Source: Nemertoderma westbladi
Taxonomy: Eukaryota; Animalia; Xenacoelomorpha
DNA length: 64,000 bases
Direction: 5' to 3'
Assembly (NCBI GenBank): GCA_032718475.1
Contig: JAUCBJ010004510.1
Location: 24,459-88,458 of the forward strand
Under the pieces are notes generated by a model. That model saw nothing but the letters and a program-made list of their open reading frames with translations. It did not search any database and was not told the DNA's origin. Position numbers and translations under genes: made by a program. Positions 11,656-24,600 of the stretch are shown here, piece after piece; the stretch's first letter is position 1, and each line of letters begins with the position of its first letter.

Positions 11656-11783
11656 AGGGTGGGGGGGAACTGGACGCGAATCCCCTCTCGGCGAATTTTT
11701 GCGTCCAATTTCCCCTGGAGAGGGATGAATTGAGGGAAGAATTTATTGTGTCCAGTCCCCCCCCCCCCCCCCCCCCCCCCCCC
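11656..11783. mobile_element. Short MITE-like element with G/C-run termini (family B)
   Basis: GGGGGAACTGGACGC...GTGTCCAGTCCCCC inverted ends. Related sequence at ~32275-32515, which in turn shares sequence with ~41575-41735. Confidence 0.5.
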
Positions 11784-12187
11784 TTTATCAGCTATTCTCT
11801 ATGAAATGCTGAAGTTTTTAGTTTTAACAGATTTAGAATCATTGTCAAGCCAGCATTACAACTATATCGAATACTAGCGGCTAATGTGAATGATTATTAT
11901 TGTTAGTGACGTGCAAACTTCACTTGAGAAAATCAGTTTAATTAGATCACACATCGTTCGAAAAATAACGGAAAATCAGCCTAGTATATGGACAGCGAGG
12001 GTAACGTTGAACTGGTTGTGTTTCAAATTGCAAGCAATTTTTATGACGTTGTTTGTAGAAAAATATAGGGGGGAGGGGGGGGGGGGGGGGGGGGGGATCT
12101 GGTCATCATCTTACACTGCATCACCTAGAGGTATTAACTGCTATGCTTAAAAAAATTAACGTTGTGTCTTAAAGGAAAGTCTGTAAT

Positions 12188-12962
12188 TTGCTGCATTGTC
12201 TGCCAACCCTGCTGCATTTCAGCCAACCCTGCTGCATTTCAGCCAACCCTGCTGCATTGTCTGCCAACCCTGCAGCATTGTCTGCCAACCCTGCTGCATT
12301 GTCTACCAACCCTCTAGCATTGTCTGCCAACCCTGCTGCATTGTCTGCCAACCCTGCAGCATTGTCAACCAACCCTGCTGCATTGTCTGCCAACCCTGTT
12401 GCATTGTCAACCAACCCTGCTGCATTGTCTGCCAACCCTGTTGCATTGTCAACCAACCCTGCTGCATTGTCTGCCAACCCTGCTGCATTGTATGTCAACC
12501 CTGATACATTGTCTGTCAACCCTGCTGCATTTTCAACCAACCCTGCTGCATTGTATGCCAACCCTGCTGCATTGTCAACTAACCCTGCTGCATTGTCTGC
12601 CAACCCTGCTGCATTGTCTGCCAACCCTGTGGCATTGTCTGCCAACCATGCTGCATTGTCTGCTTACCCGGCTGCATTGTCTACCAACCCTGCTGCATTG
12701 TCACCCAACCCTGCTGCATTGTCTGGCAACCCTGAGTCATTGTCTGTCAACCCTGCTGCATTGTCAACCAACCCTGCTGCATTGTATGCCAACCCTGCTG
12801 CATTGTCAACTAACCCTGCTGCATTGTCTGCCAACCCTGCTGCATTGTCTGCCAACCCTGTGGCATTGTCTGCCAACCATGCTGCATTGTCTGCCAACCC
12901 GGCTGCATTGTCTACCAACCCTGCTGCATTGTCAACCAACCCTGCTGCATTGTCAGCCAATC
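12188..12962. repeat. 21-bp minisatellite (CCAACCCTGCTGCATTGTCTG)n, ~37 copies
   Basis: Tandem units read directly; they generate stop-free ORFs in several frames on both strands. Confidence 0.97.
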
Positions 12963-13123
12963 CATCATCGGGCTCTCATCGCTTAGAAAATTTTCGTTTG
13001 GCAAATGGACTCGGTGAAAACTGAAAAGGGAGGCTATAATGTGAAACGTACCCTTTAATTTGTAAAAAACAAGTAGTTAAAATATATATGTTTCAGTGTT
13101 GTTAGTGACAATTAATTATTGGC

Positions 13124-13777
13124 TCAAGGAATATTTAACAAGTTTGACTGTTCATACATATTCTGAGTTAGGATGTGGACTCTACTCATAGCGTCAACAA
13201 TGTTGTCAAGTTGCTCCATAACATCACGCCTCTCACGATCGCCAAACAGATTATGGAACAACGTGGTGCGAGTCGGCAATGTCTTCAGAGCTAAGTAGAC
13301 TGTCTGTCGCAGCATCCAAGAATGGTGTTTAGCCAACGATGAATCGTAAGCATTTCTTACTATTTTTTGAGTGGAATCCCCCTCTGAGCTCGTGTTCAGC
13401 CCTTCAAATACCAAGGTAACGAAGTTGAGAGCTCGGTGTAATATGAGAAGTTGCCGAGATCCTGAGATTTTATCAGGCACATCGAAATCGATTAAATGTT
13501 CTTTTAACTCAAATTGTAACATCGCCCCAATAAACAGATAATGTTCAGAGATATTCTTGTCATATAATTTCGCTTGTAAAGTTCCCATTTTACTTTTCAA
13601 GTCCGACGTAAGAAACGTAAAAACTGAACCCATGACATTGAAAAAGAGTAATATTTCATCCCAAATGTTTAGATACAAGGGGATTCTTACATCGTTATCG
13701 GGATTGCGGATGGATTCTTTGCAGTGCTCCAAGAGACGAATGACACTAAAACAATCGTCATGATTCCCCATAGCCAT
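13124..13777 (-). CDS. CPTP: GLTP-fold lipid transfer protein, CPTP/GLTPD1-like, single coding exon, ~217 aa
   Basis: Motifs FTFLTSDLKSK, SGSRQLLILHRALNF and AYDSSLAKHHSWMLR. First ATG at 13777 (the track ORF starts at a TTG). Confidence 0.85.
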   Translation of the reverse strand: MAMGNHDDCFSVIRLLEHCKESIRNPDNDVRIPLYLNIWDEILLFFNVMGSVFTFLTSDLKSKMGTLQAKLYDKNISEHYLFIGAMLQFELKEHLIDFDVPDKISGSRQLLILHRALNFVTLVFEGLNTSSEGDSTQKIVRNAYDSSLAKHHSWMLRQTVYLALKTLPTRTTLFHNLFGDRERRDVMEQLDNIVDAMSRVHILTQNMYEQSNLLNIP

Positions 13778-14009
13778 TGTGTAACACGAGTTCAGTTGTA
13801 GCAGCAGAACCAAAGGCTACCTGAAAGGCTACAGGGCGCGACAACAAGGTAGCCTTGCGCAGACACAATTAATTACTGTAGATAAGGAGTAGGTAGTTGC
13901 ACATGTAAGTTATTTTGAATGGTTTCGTCTCAGTAAGATGTTCTAGAATATCTGTTCAACTAATGGAAACCATGCCCGTCCTTAATTACTAATCAATCCA
14001 ATCTAAATA

Positions 14010-14902
14010 CACCATAACCTTTAATACAACAACCATTTTTAGGGGGTCGGAGCCCCCCCTCCCCCCCCCCCTAATTTTTTTCAAATTTCAATAAAATGCT
14101 ACGAAATTTGGTATGATGATAGATCGACACCTTTTCTTACTGGTGGCCTGGTCGGATTTTTTAATTTATGAGCCATTTCGATACAACAAGCTGTTGAAAA
14201 TCGTCTATTTCGCAATATTTATCCACCTCCGTCGGCTTTATTTTTCGTCTTTGGAATGAAATCTAGATATCATTAGATCCGCCTTCATCTGCAGATTCCG
14301 AATATGAAACCCGTTGTAAATTTCACCAAGAACTTCCGGAAATATTATCAAAATACTAAGGTGTAAATTTATGTGACGTAAATCGCTATAATTCTAATGT
14401 TTTATTTACTCCATTCTAGAATATTAATTATGGATAATGAAAAAACAAGATGGAGAGTTTTAAACGCTCAGCTAAATAATAATTAATATTCTAGAATAAA
14501 GACAACAAAACATCAGAATTATAGCGATTTACGTCTCTAAATTTACACATTAGTATTTTGATAATATCTTTACCAATTTTTGGTTAATTTTAAAACGGTT
14601 TTCAGATTCTGAATCTACAGACGAAGGCACTTCGAATGATATCTAGATTACATTTCAAAGACGAAAAATAAAGTCTACGGAGGTGGTTAAACATTGCTAA
14701 ATAAACATTTTTTAAGGGATTGTTGTATGGAAATAACTGAGAAATAAAAAAAATCCGGCCAGGCCACCAGTAAGAAAAGGTGTCAATCCATCATCATACC
14801 GAATTTCGTAGCATTTTATTTAAATTTGAAAAAAATTAGGGGGGGGGGGGGGGGGGGTGCTCCGACCCCCTAAAAATGGTTGTTGTATTAAGGGTTATGG
14901 TG
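14010..14902. mobile_element. Fold-back MITE with TA target-site duplication (Tc1/mariner-type signature)
   Basis: TA|CACCATAACC...GGTTATGGTG|TA; imperfect inverted arms of ~430 bp around a short loop near 14450. Confidence 0.85.
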
Positions 14903-16039
14903 TACCCGAATGTGGTTGTCTTCACCTAAATGCTAATTTTGAGTGTGAAAAGTAAATATTGCGCTTTAGTTTTAATTGTTTCATTAATAAAAAATATTTA
15001 TTTTTACCACCGCCAAGCACAATTTCGCGTTATGATAAAAAACTTATACAAACCACAATTATGGGTGATTCTCGTAAAATCTGTTCCGCATCGCGGACGG
15101 GAGAAGGTGAAAAAAATGTTTTGTTAAAGTTAAATATTCCAGTACTAAAATATGTTTTATAATCATAGTTTGGTGTTTTAAAGTATTAAAATATCCAAGC
15201 ATTTGTGTGTTTTAAATCTGGCTGCCTATCATTGTTGCGGATGAGACATAACCCATGTCATTGTGCTTATAAAGATTGTGTTTGCACATAAGATACACTG
15301 ATATTTTGAGTTACAAACTAAGACCAATGTTTTGGCAAAAATTACAAACTTTACTGCTATAAAAATACGCAAATAACTCATATTTGATTAAAAACGCAAA
15401 CAAATTCAGCGGCATATCTGATGTGTAACCATCTCTAGGGAAATATGAAGCTAATTTATAATACGAATTGGAGAGAAACATGGCAACGAGTCACAAAAGG
15501 CTATATTGACTCTATGTTCATAACACAAACATGATTTTGAAATTTTATATTTATTCAATTAATGTCCCGTCCGCAACGTTCATGTACTAAGTTTAGAAAC
15601 CATCAGTATAGTCAGTGGAACAGCTGTTCCATATCAATGTCCCCTATGTCCTCTCCTTTAAATCCTCCAAACCACTGACTTCTAGAATATTAATTTATAT
15701 CAGGACTGGAAACTGAATTTAATCGTAATGTGTCGAGGCCTACACTCGGAATATTTCTAGCAGTAATTTATTTTAGGATTCATCATATCTAATCGCTAGG
15801 GCCATCCTGTTGAACTTTTCTGAACGGACTTTAATAACTTTTGTTGCATTCGATTCCCAGGTTTCTCAGCTTTACTTAGAATATAAAATAACCCAAATGT
15901 TTGTTAAGGAGATATATTTACCCGATCGCTAAAGGATCCGTAGTGAACGCTGCGAGCTGTGGCTTTGTGATACTGCAGTATTTTGCTCCTACTGTGTTCC
16001 GTTTAATATTTCTTATTGAGAATGGAGTTCCAAATTTAT

Positions 16040-16070
<31 letters not shown>

Positions 16071-16490
16071 CTACCTTATAATATTATCTGACATGCCAGT
16101 CGTATGTAAATTTATATTGGAGTAAATCAACCTGGTTCGAGATGAAAATTATATGAGTTGAAACGCATTGTATTATCGATTAAACTGCGTTTTTATTTAT
16201 TAAATTTCCTTAATTTATTATCCTGCACTGTTTTTTACGGATCTACGTTTCGGTACAATCTGTATTTGCGCAGATCTGTCCAGTTCTCTAGTGGCAAGAT
16301 GCTCTCCATTATATTAATTAGTAAACAGTAACTTGGAATTGGCAGCTGAGCGATTATGAGAGTCTAGTAATAGTAATTTCAAATGGAAATTGTTATAACT
16401 TGAAAACTAAAAGAGCTATTAAATAGCTGTTTTCAGATTTGGGAACACCATTTAATCGCGCATTATAATAGATCATAAAAATAATTTCGA

Positions 16491-17235
16491 CATAATAGTC
16501 CCCCCATGATATGGGGGGACTATTATGCGTTTATATATTATGCTATTATACTACATAGTATACTACTATGCTACTATACTATTATGCTATTATTGGGACT
16601 ATTATCACTATTATGCGTTGCGGATGGGACATCCGTTGTTGGCGGGACATTGGCATTTAGAAAAGGACAGGTTGCTTGTAATTTCAAACACACGGTAGAA
16701 GTTTGAGATATTTTTCAAGAATAGTTGGAAGATATTGCGCTTAATAATTGCTACAACAAACTGTATTGTGTGTACTGTATGTAATAATTGACGAACTTTT
16801 GGCACAAGAATACACATTCTAACCACCAAACGTGAACCACGAAATCAAAAATGATGCGGATGGGTCATTTAGCATGACAACGATTTTTGCACAAATAATG
16901 CTAAAATCCACGCCTAAAAATAGATCAATCTACATTAATTCACTTTAAAACGTACTCTGGACAGGTCATATACCACCTAATATTGAAGAGCTAATCTTTT
17001 AGCACAATGTTCGGAAATTATTATAGGACTAATCGCAGTTTATTTTTCACAAATGTTGCGGATGGGACACTTTTTTGTATTATTTTGACTCAAAACAGAG
17101 ATTAGCAAATTTTTGCAGTGGTACGTATAGATTGGAATATTATTGTCGGAAAAAATGAGCCATTAATCTCATATCTAGGATGGTTTAAAGGGAGATAAAC
17201 GGCCATGAAATGTGCTAATCTCCCATCCGCAACGT
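16491..17235. mobile_element. Non-autonomous element with 5' hairpin followed by simple repeats (Helentron/HINE-like layout)
   Basis: Perfect 17-bp stem CATAATAGTCCCCCCAT-gat-ATGGGGGGACTATTATG, then TAT/CTA low-complexity sequence and recurring TGCGGATGGG motifs. Right boundary uncertain. Confidence 0.4.
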
Positions 17236-17467
17236 GGTAGAGATTTAATGATAATTACAGTTTCTCAGTATTTATTAATTGGTATGTTATCTTAATAGGT
17301 TTACATTCTCAAAACACTCTCAAGACGTTTATAATATTGTTACTAATAATGGCAATGTTCGATTTATACCGAGTGAGCGGGTATAGTGCAAGAACAAACA
17401 ACATTGTCAAAAAACAGTCCTAATCAGTGACTCAGGCAATAAGTTTGTTTACAATTAATTATAAAAT

Positions 17468-18600
17468 TGTCTCCCAGTTCGGATGGGTGGCCTGGGGATC
17501 AGTTCAGCATGCGTGCTCGCTCCTTCCGCTTTCATTGCCTCAGCGGCTGCATGCTCCGATCTCTCAGGCCGCCTATTTAGAACGGACGGGAGCCACCCCG
17601 ATCCTGCAATTGCCCTCGCTACCAACGCGCGGGACGCACAACTTCCAACTTTTACAGACACTCACGTTCCCACTGCCACCGCACCTACACCATCACTCAC
17701 TTCTCCCACTGACACCACATCCACAGTTACTTCCCACACTGGCACCACACCACCTGCCACTTCCTCCACTGACGCCATACAACGTGTCCTGATACAGCCG
17801 GTCCACGAGGCGTCCCTTGCTTCCATCCGCGAGGGGGCACTGCCACTCGATACTGCGCGCCTAAATTGTATCAAGAACGATGTGTCGGGTTGCTGGCTTG
17901 AGGCCATTCCGGTCAGCTCGCTGGGCCTGAAACTTACGGGCGCGCAGTTGCAAGTAGCAGTCGCAATACGCCTTGGTAGCCCGGTCACCGAGCCTCACAA
18001 ATGCGCCCGCTGTGACGACCCAGTCGCACCCAACGGTCTCCATGGCCTCTCCTGTAAGAGGAGCGCCGGGCGACACGCACGCCACGCCATGGTCAATGAC
18101 CTGGTTAAGCGTGCGTTGACCAGCTGCAGGATCCCAGCTATGCTGGAACCTCCAGGCCTCTGCAGGAGTGGCGGGAAGCGAGTCGACGGAGTAACCATGG
18201 TTCCATGGAAACATGGTAAATCCGTCACTTGGGATGCGACTGTGGTAGATCCCCTTTGTCCCAGCCACATACACCTTGCCCTGACTGCTGGGGGTCGCGT
18301 TGCGGAGGTGGCTGAGGAGAAGAAAACAGCCAAATACCGGGAGCTAGTCGACCGGGGCTACATCTTCTCCCCGGTTGCCTTTGAGACCTACGGCTGTCCG
18401 GGCTCTTCCACTCGCAGTTTCCTGAAGGAGATCGGCGACCGTATACGTAGTGTCACCAACGAGCCGCGGTCGCACCGATTCCTCCTACAGAGGCTCCTCA
18501 TTGCCATTCAGATCGGCAATGCCGCTTCGATCTTAAGTAGCTATTACAAATTTAATTTTAGGAATAAAATGTTAGAATACATCTTTACCAAATAAAATGT
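17468..18600 (+). mobile_element. 5'-truncated non-LTR retrotransposon with restriction-like endonuclease (CRE-like)
   Basis: Open frame starts at the RT thumb motif LPVRMGGLG...AFIAS. CCHC knuckle CARC...GLHGLSC, RHAMVN, PD-(D/E)xK-type KRVDG...WDATVVD...EEKKTAKY, and FETYG. No RT core. Confidence 0.88.
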
Positions 18601-18680
18601 TATGGTGTTGTGTTGTTTTTGCACTCTGATCAAGCTATTATTCCTAATTCACCCGATTCATAATTGCCAGTGAAACCCTG

Positions 18681-19566
18681 TCACCTCGTATAAACAACTT
18701 GTTTCAACCGCTTCTGCGTATCTCCCCGTCGCAGTTCGTTGTACGTCAACAGCGAGACACCCAACTGGTCCTCTCGACTCAAGGGCTGGGCCATGAGCTT
18801 AAGGAACCGCTTACACACCGACACCGCCTCGTCGGTACTCAAGGACGAGTTCGACTCCTCGATGTGTTCCTGTATCCATCGCGGTAGCCTCCCGCGTTTA
18901 TCGGCCCGCGAGAACCGCTGATCCGCGAACACCATGATCCCGTAGTCGGTCTTATTGCGGAGCGCCCGCCCCACGCACTGGGCCGCGTGTCGCATCGCGT
19001 CGAACGTGAGGAAGTCGTTCTCCTTGATGTTGTACTGCTCGCGAAGGTACTCGAGTCTGGCCTTCAGTATGCGACTCTGCGTGTACACGTAAGGGATGCC
19101 GAACATAACGACCGCGCGACCCAGATGGTGAGCGAAATCGATTCCTTCCGAGACTTTTCCGCGAGCAACGCTAAGGAAGATTGCTCCTCTACCGGTGTCG
19201 CAGGCACGATGATAGTTGAGCAGAGCGATGCTCGTCTCCACCGCATCTTGAGTCTCTATAAAGAGTAGTTTGTACTTGAGTAGTTGGTCTATAATTCCCT
19301 GCTCGTACCAGGTAGCCATTACCGTCTCCATGTAGATGTAGCTCACGAAGAAACAGACGACCCCGTCCGGGACCGTGCGCGCGAGTTCCAGCAACAGGTT
19401 GCCGTAGTTACGGGTCACCGAGGGGTCCTCGCGCGCCTCGAACTTGGAGGTCATGGCGACCTGGTCGTTGCCCTTGGCAACTATTATCGGGCACAGACAG
19501 TTGCGCGCCAATGACATAGTTAGTGACGTCATTAGTACTGGACGGAAGTCCAGAATCTTTGGGTAC
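18681..19566 (-). CDS. ERCC2: XPD/ERCC2 helicase, exon 3 of 3
   Basis: Acceptor ttccag|G at 19567/19566 completes AT|G (TLSPLDMYPKILDF). Contains [12 protein letters not shown] and [11 protein letters not shown]. Stop at 18681-18683. Confidence 0.95.
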
Positions 19567-19669
19567 CTGGAAAGGAAACAATGAGACAATTGTTTGCTAC
19601 TTTCCGTACTTTTATCAAGGCCAGATAAATAACCAAGATATACCAGACAAAAAAATTAACACAACTAAT

Positions 19670-19880
19670 GCCCCTAAAAACGGCGCAGTCGTTAGATCCA
19701 TTTCCTTGAATTCACATCTCTCAGGAGGTCGGGGGTTCGATCCCCACATGAGGACCATATACGGGGTTTTCCACGCCGGTGATTTCATTTTCAATGTCAG
19801 TTTTTACGTTTGACGGCTTCTTGACTGTTTGTCACTATGTATGGCTGGGCTGTAGGTCAGTCAGTCCGTTACATAGATAG
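19670..19880 (+). mobile_element. tRNA-derived SINE in XPD intron 2
   Basis: A-box-like GGCGCAGTCGTTAG (19682-19695) and B box GGTTCGATCCC (19734-19744); no complete cloverleaf; ends in a simple-repeat tail. Confidence 0.65.
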
Positions 19881-20029
19881 ACAGACAAACATAAATACCG
19901 TGTTGATTCCAAACATTAATACTGGCATCAGAAATACAATTCCCGACCACAAAATCTTGACTCGATTGGGAACTTGCTTTACTTTTTAACAGAGAAACCT
20001 TGAAAATATGCCTTATATCGATACCGGTA

Positions 20030-20254
20030 TGCAAACAGACAAACATACACACATACAGACAAACAAACATACAGACAGACAAACAAACAGACAGATAGGC
20101 AGACAAACATACATACAGACAAACAGACAGACAAAGATACAGACGGACAGACAAACATACAGATAAACATACAGACAGACAGACAAACAAACATACAGGC
20201 AGACAGACCTACAGGCAGACAGACATACAGGCAGACAGACAGACAGACAAACAT

Positions 20255-20293
<39 letters not shown>

Positions 20294-20298
20294 AACAT

Positions 20299-20333
<35 letters not shown>

Positions 20334-20520
20334 AACAAACATATAGACAAATATACACACAAACAAACATACAGGAAGACAAACATACATACAGACAGAC
20401 TGACAAACAAACAAACATACAGACAGAAAAACATACAGATATACAGACAGACCGACAAACAAACATAAAGACAGACAAACAAACATACAGACAAACAAAC
20501 ATACACGAACGAACGACGAA
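20030..20520. repeat. Compound tetranucleotide microsatellite (AGAC/AAAC/ATAC)n
   Basis: Read directly; source of the spurious VCLS-rich ORFs. Confidence 0.97.
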
Positions 20521-21193
20521 ATAAACTAAATAACTGAATAAGAAAACCTCCATATTGGTAACTATAATTATGTTGGTTATTGAATATCCATTCAGAAACC
20601 TCCAAATATGAGATGTTTAAAAATCCCTCCACTTATTGAAAATGGCGGGAAGGTTTGTAAATTTTAAATCAAATTTTCTTTAAATCAAATTTTCTTAGTC
20701 CTTTGTTCTGTAATCATCTCCGACCTTATCTTACTAAATTGACAATAACTTAAAAACGAAGAGAGCAGGCAATAATAACAAGCGGTTCTCAATGTGAAAT
20801 TGTTCGTTAAAATTATAGATATGAAACAAACAAAAAGTTCAGAACCATTTTTTTGTCAATTGACCCAGGGCTTTCTTTCTATTATCACTATTTTATAAGT
20901 CTTATGTGTGCATACTAATGACGTTATGTGATTATATTTAGAATGACGAGGTGACATAGTCAATATACATAGTAAATGTATGGCATAGGGACATACTAGA
21001 GAAATAATGTCGCGCTGAGATATAAAGCTGGAAAATAAGGAGATTTGGTACATTAGTGTGAAATTAATTCCATACTAATAAATAAATAATTAAATACTTA
21101 ATGGAGTTCAATGTATTTTTCCGGCGTTAAATAAATTTAGTGGAATACAACAAACTGTGACTTTCCATTATAGTAAACGCCAGTCCAACTTAC

Positions 21194-21654
21194 ATATCGA
21201 GTGGAGAGAGAGTCCCTGAGGTGATTACCACGCTCTGGAACTGTCGGAAGACGGGTTTAATGGCGATGGATGCGTCGGCGCAGGCGAGACGCAAAGTAGG
21301 GTTGGAGACGGTCGGGGCGTGCGGCTCCCAGGGTTCTATGATTACGGTGAACCCCTTGGAGTAGGTGGACACGAGAGTAGCGAAGTTACACAGGAGCGCG
21401 ACGGGGTAGAAGTTGTCGATATCGGTGAGTTGGAGCGTTCGGACCATCCGATGGAGTCGTTCCGCGCAGAATCGCAACGGTTTGCGCTCGATGCAGACAC
21501 GACTCAGGGTGTCTGCGAGGAACGCCGGTGGGCTTTCGGATACAACGTGGCGCGCTTTCAGTCGCGACTTCATGTATTCGAGGAATCGTTTAACGAAGGA
21601 TATAAAGTGAGTCGCGTTGCGAATATTACCGGGTACTGCCTCGTCTAAAACAGC
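21194..21654 (-). CDS. ERCC2: XPD/ERCC2 exon 2 of 3
   Basis: Acceptor ccgcag|GCT at 21655/21654; donor AT|gtaagt at 21194/21193. Encodes AVPGNIR...[12 protein letters not shown]. Confidence 0.95.
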
Positions 21655-21694
21655 CTGCGGGAGATAAAGCATTAATTACGAATTAATCACGAAT

Positions 21695-24600
21695 TATCAT
21701 TTGTTCCCATAATTTATTTCGTTGTTCCCATAACTTATCATTTGTTCCCATAATTTATTTCTTTGTTCCCATAACTTAGCATTTGTTCCCATAACTTATT
21801 TCCTTGTACCCATAACTTAGCATTTGTTCCAATAACGTATTTCCTTGTTCCCATAACTTAGCATTTGTTCCCATAACTTAGCACATGTTCCCATAACTTA
21901 GCATTTGTTCCCATAACTTATTTTCTTGTTCCCAAAACGTATTTCCTTGTTCCCATAACTTAGCATTTGTTCCTAAAACTTATTTCCTTGTTCCCATAAC
22001 TTAGCATCTGTTCCCATAACTTAGCATCTGTTCCCATAACGTATTTCCTTGTTCCCAAAACTTATTTCCTTGTTCCCATAACTTAGCATCTGTTCCCATA
22101 ACTTATTTTCTTGTTCCCAAAACTTATTTCCTTGTTCCCATAACTTAGCATTTGTTCCTAAAACTTATTTTCTTGTTCCCAAAACTTATTTCCTTGTTCC
22201 CATAACTTAGCATTTGTTCCTAAAACTTATTTCCTTGTTCCCATAACTTAGCATCTGTTCCCATAACTTAGCATCTGTTCCCAAAACTTATTTTCTTGTT
22301 CCCAAAACTTATTTCCTTGTTCCCATAACTTAGCATTTGTTCCTAAAACTTATTTCCTTGTTCCCATAACTTAGCATCTGTTCCCATAACTTAGCATCTG
22401 TTCCCATAACGTATTTCCTTGTTCCCAAAACTTATTTCCTTGTTCCCATAACTTAGCATCTCTTCCCATAACATATTTTCTTGTTCCCAAAACTTATTTC
22501 CTTGTTCCCATAACTTAGCATTTGTTCCTAAAACTTATTTCCTTGTTCCCATAACTTAGCATCTGTTCCCATAACTTAGCATCTGTTCCCATAACGTATT
22601 TCCTTGTTCCCAAAACTTATTTCCTTGTTCCCATAACTTAGCATCTGTTCCCATAACTTAGCATCTGTTCCCATAACGTATTTCCTTGTTCCCAAAACTT
22701 ATTTCCTTGTTCCCATAACTTAGCATCTGTTCCCATAACTTAGCATCTGTTCCCATAAAGTATTTCCTTGTCCCCAAAACTTATTTCCTTGTTCCCATAA
22801 CTTATTATTTGTTCCTAAAACTTATTTCCTTGTTCCCATAACGTATTTCCTTGTTCCCAAAACGTATTTCCTTGTTCCCATGACTTAGCATTTGTTCCTA
22901 AAACTTATTTCCTTGTTCCCATAACTTAGCATCTGTTCCCATAACTTAGCATCTGTTCCCATAACTTAGCATTTGTTACCATAACTTAATTCCTTGTTCC
23001 CATAACTTAGCATTTGTTCCCAAAACTTATTTTCTTGTTCCCATAACTTAGCATCTGTTCCCATAACTTAGAATCTGTTCCCATAACTTAGCATTTGTTC
23101 CCATAACTTATTTCCTTGTTCCCATAACTTAGCATTTGTTCCCAAAACTTATTTTCTTGTTCCCATAACTTAGCATCTGTTCCCTTAACTTAGCATTTGT
23201 TCCCATAACTAATTTCCTTGTTCCCATAACTTAGCATTTGTTCCCATAACTTATTTCCTTGTTCCCATATCTTAGCACTTGTTCCCATAACTTAGCATTT
23301 GTTACCAAAACTTATTTTCTTGTTCCCATAACTTAGCCTCTGTTCCCATAACGTATTTCCTTGTTTCCAAAACTTATTTCCTTGTTCCCATAACTTAGCA
23401 TTTGTTCCTAAAACTTATTTCCTTGTTCCCATAACTTAGCATCTGTTCCCATATCTTAGCATCTGTTCCCATAACTTAGCATCTGTTCCCCTAACATATT
23501 TCCTTGTTCCCAAAACTTATTTCCTTGTTCCCATAACTTAGCATATGTTCCCATAACTTAGCATCTGTTCCTATAACGTATTTCCTTGTTCCCAAAACTT
23601 ATTTCCTTGTTCCCATAACTTAGCATCTGTTCCCATAACTTAGCATCTGTTCCCATAAAGTATTTCCTTGTCCCCAAAACTTATTTCCTTGTTCCCATAA
23701 CTTAGCATCTGTTCCCTTAACGTATTTTCTTGTTCCCAAAACGTATTTCCTTGTTCCCATAACTTAGTATTTGTTCCTATAACTTATTTCCTTGTTCCCA
23801 TAACTTAGCATCTGTTCCCTTAACGTATTTCCTTGTTCCCAAAACGTATTTCCTTGTTCCCATAACTTAGCATTTGTTCCTAAAACTTATTTCCTTGTTC
23901 CCAGTATTTCCTTGTCCCCAAAACTTATTTCCTTGTCCCCAAAACTTATTTCCTTGTTCCCATAACTTAGCATCTGTTCCCTTAACGTATTTTCTTGTTC
24001 CCAAAACGTATTTCCTTGTTCCCATAACTTAGCATTTGTTCCTAAAACTTATTTCCTTGTTCCCATAACTTAGCATCTGTTCCCTTAACGTATTTTCTTG
24101 TTCCCAAAACGTATTTCCTTGTTCCCATAACTTAGCATTTGTTCCTAAAACTTATTTCCTTGTTCCCATAACTTAGCATATGTTCCCATAACGTATTTCC
24201 TTGCTACCAAAACTTATTTCCTTGTTCCCATAACTTTGCACTTGTTCCCATAACTTAGCATTTGTTCCCAAAACTTATTTTCTTGTTCCCAAAACTTAGC
24301 ATATGTTCCCATAACTTAGCATCTGTTCCCATGACTTAGCATCTGTTCCCATAACTTAGCATTTGTTCCTAAAACTTCTTTCCTTGTTCCCATAACTTAT
24401 TTACTTGTTCCCATAACTTAGCATTTGTTCCCATAACTTATTTCTCGTTCCCATAACTTAGCATCTGTTCCCATAACTTATTTCCTTGTTTCCATAACTT
24501 ATTTCCTTGTTCACATAACTTAGTATTTGTTCCCATAACTTATTTCCTTGTTTCCATAACTTAGTATTTGTTCCCATAACGTATTTCCTTGTTCCCAAAA

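Noticed and set aside
12169-13024. Repeat proteins (DNAAGLA, NPAALSA, QPCCIVC)
   Set aside because: Several overlapping frames on both strands are open, as expected for a 21-bp minisatellite, and there is no unique coding flank.
19670-19760. Functional tRNA gene (also considered at 41410-41485)
   Set aside because: A and B boxes are present but there is no convincing acceptor or anticodon stem, and SINE-like bodies follow.
19861-20632. VCLS-rich membrane protein ORFs
   Set aside because: Translations of a tetranucleotide microsatellite inside XPD intron 2.
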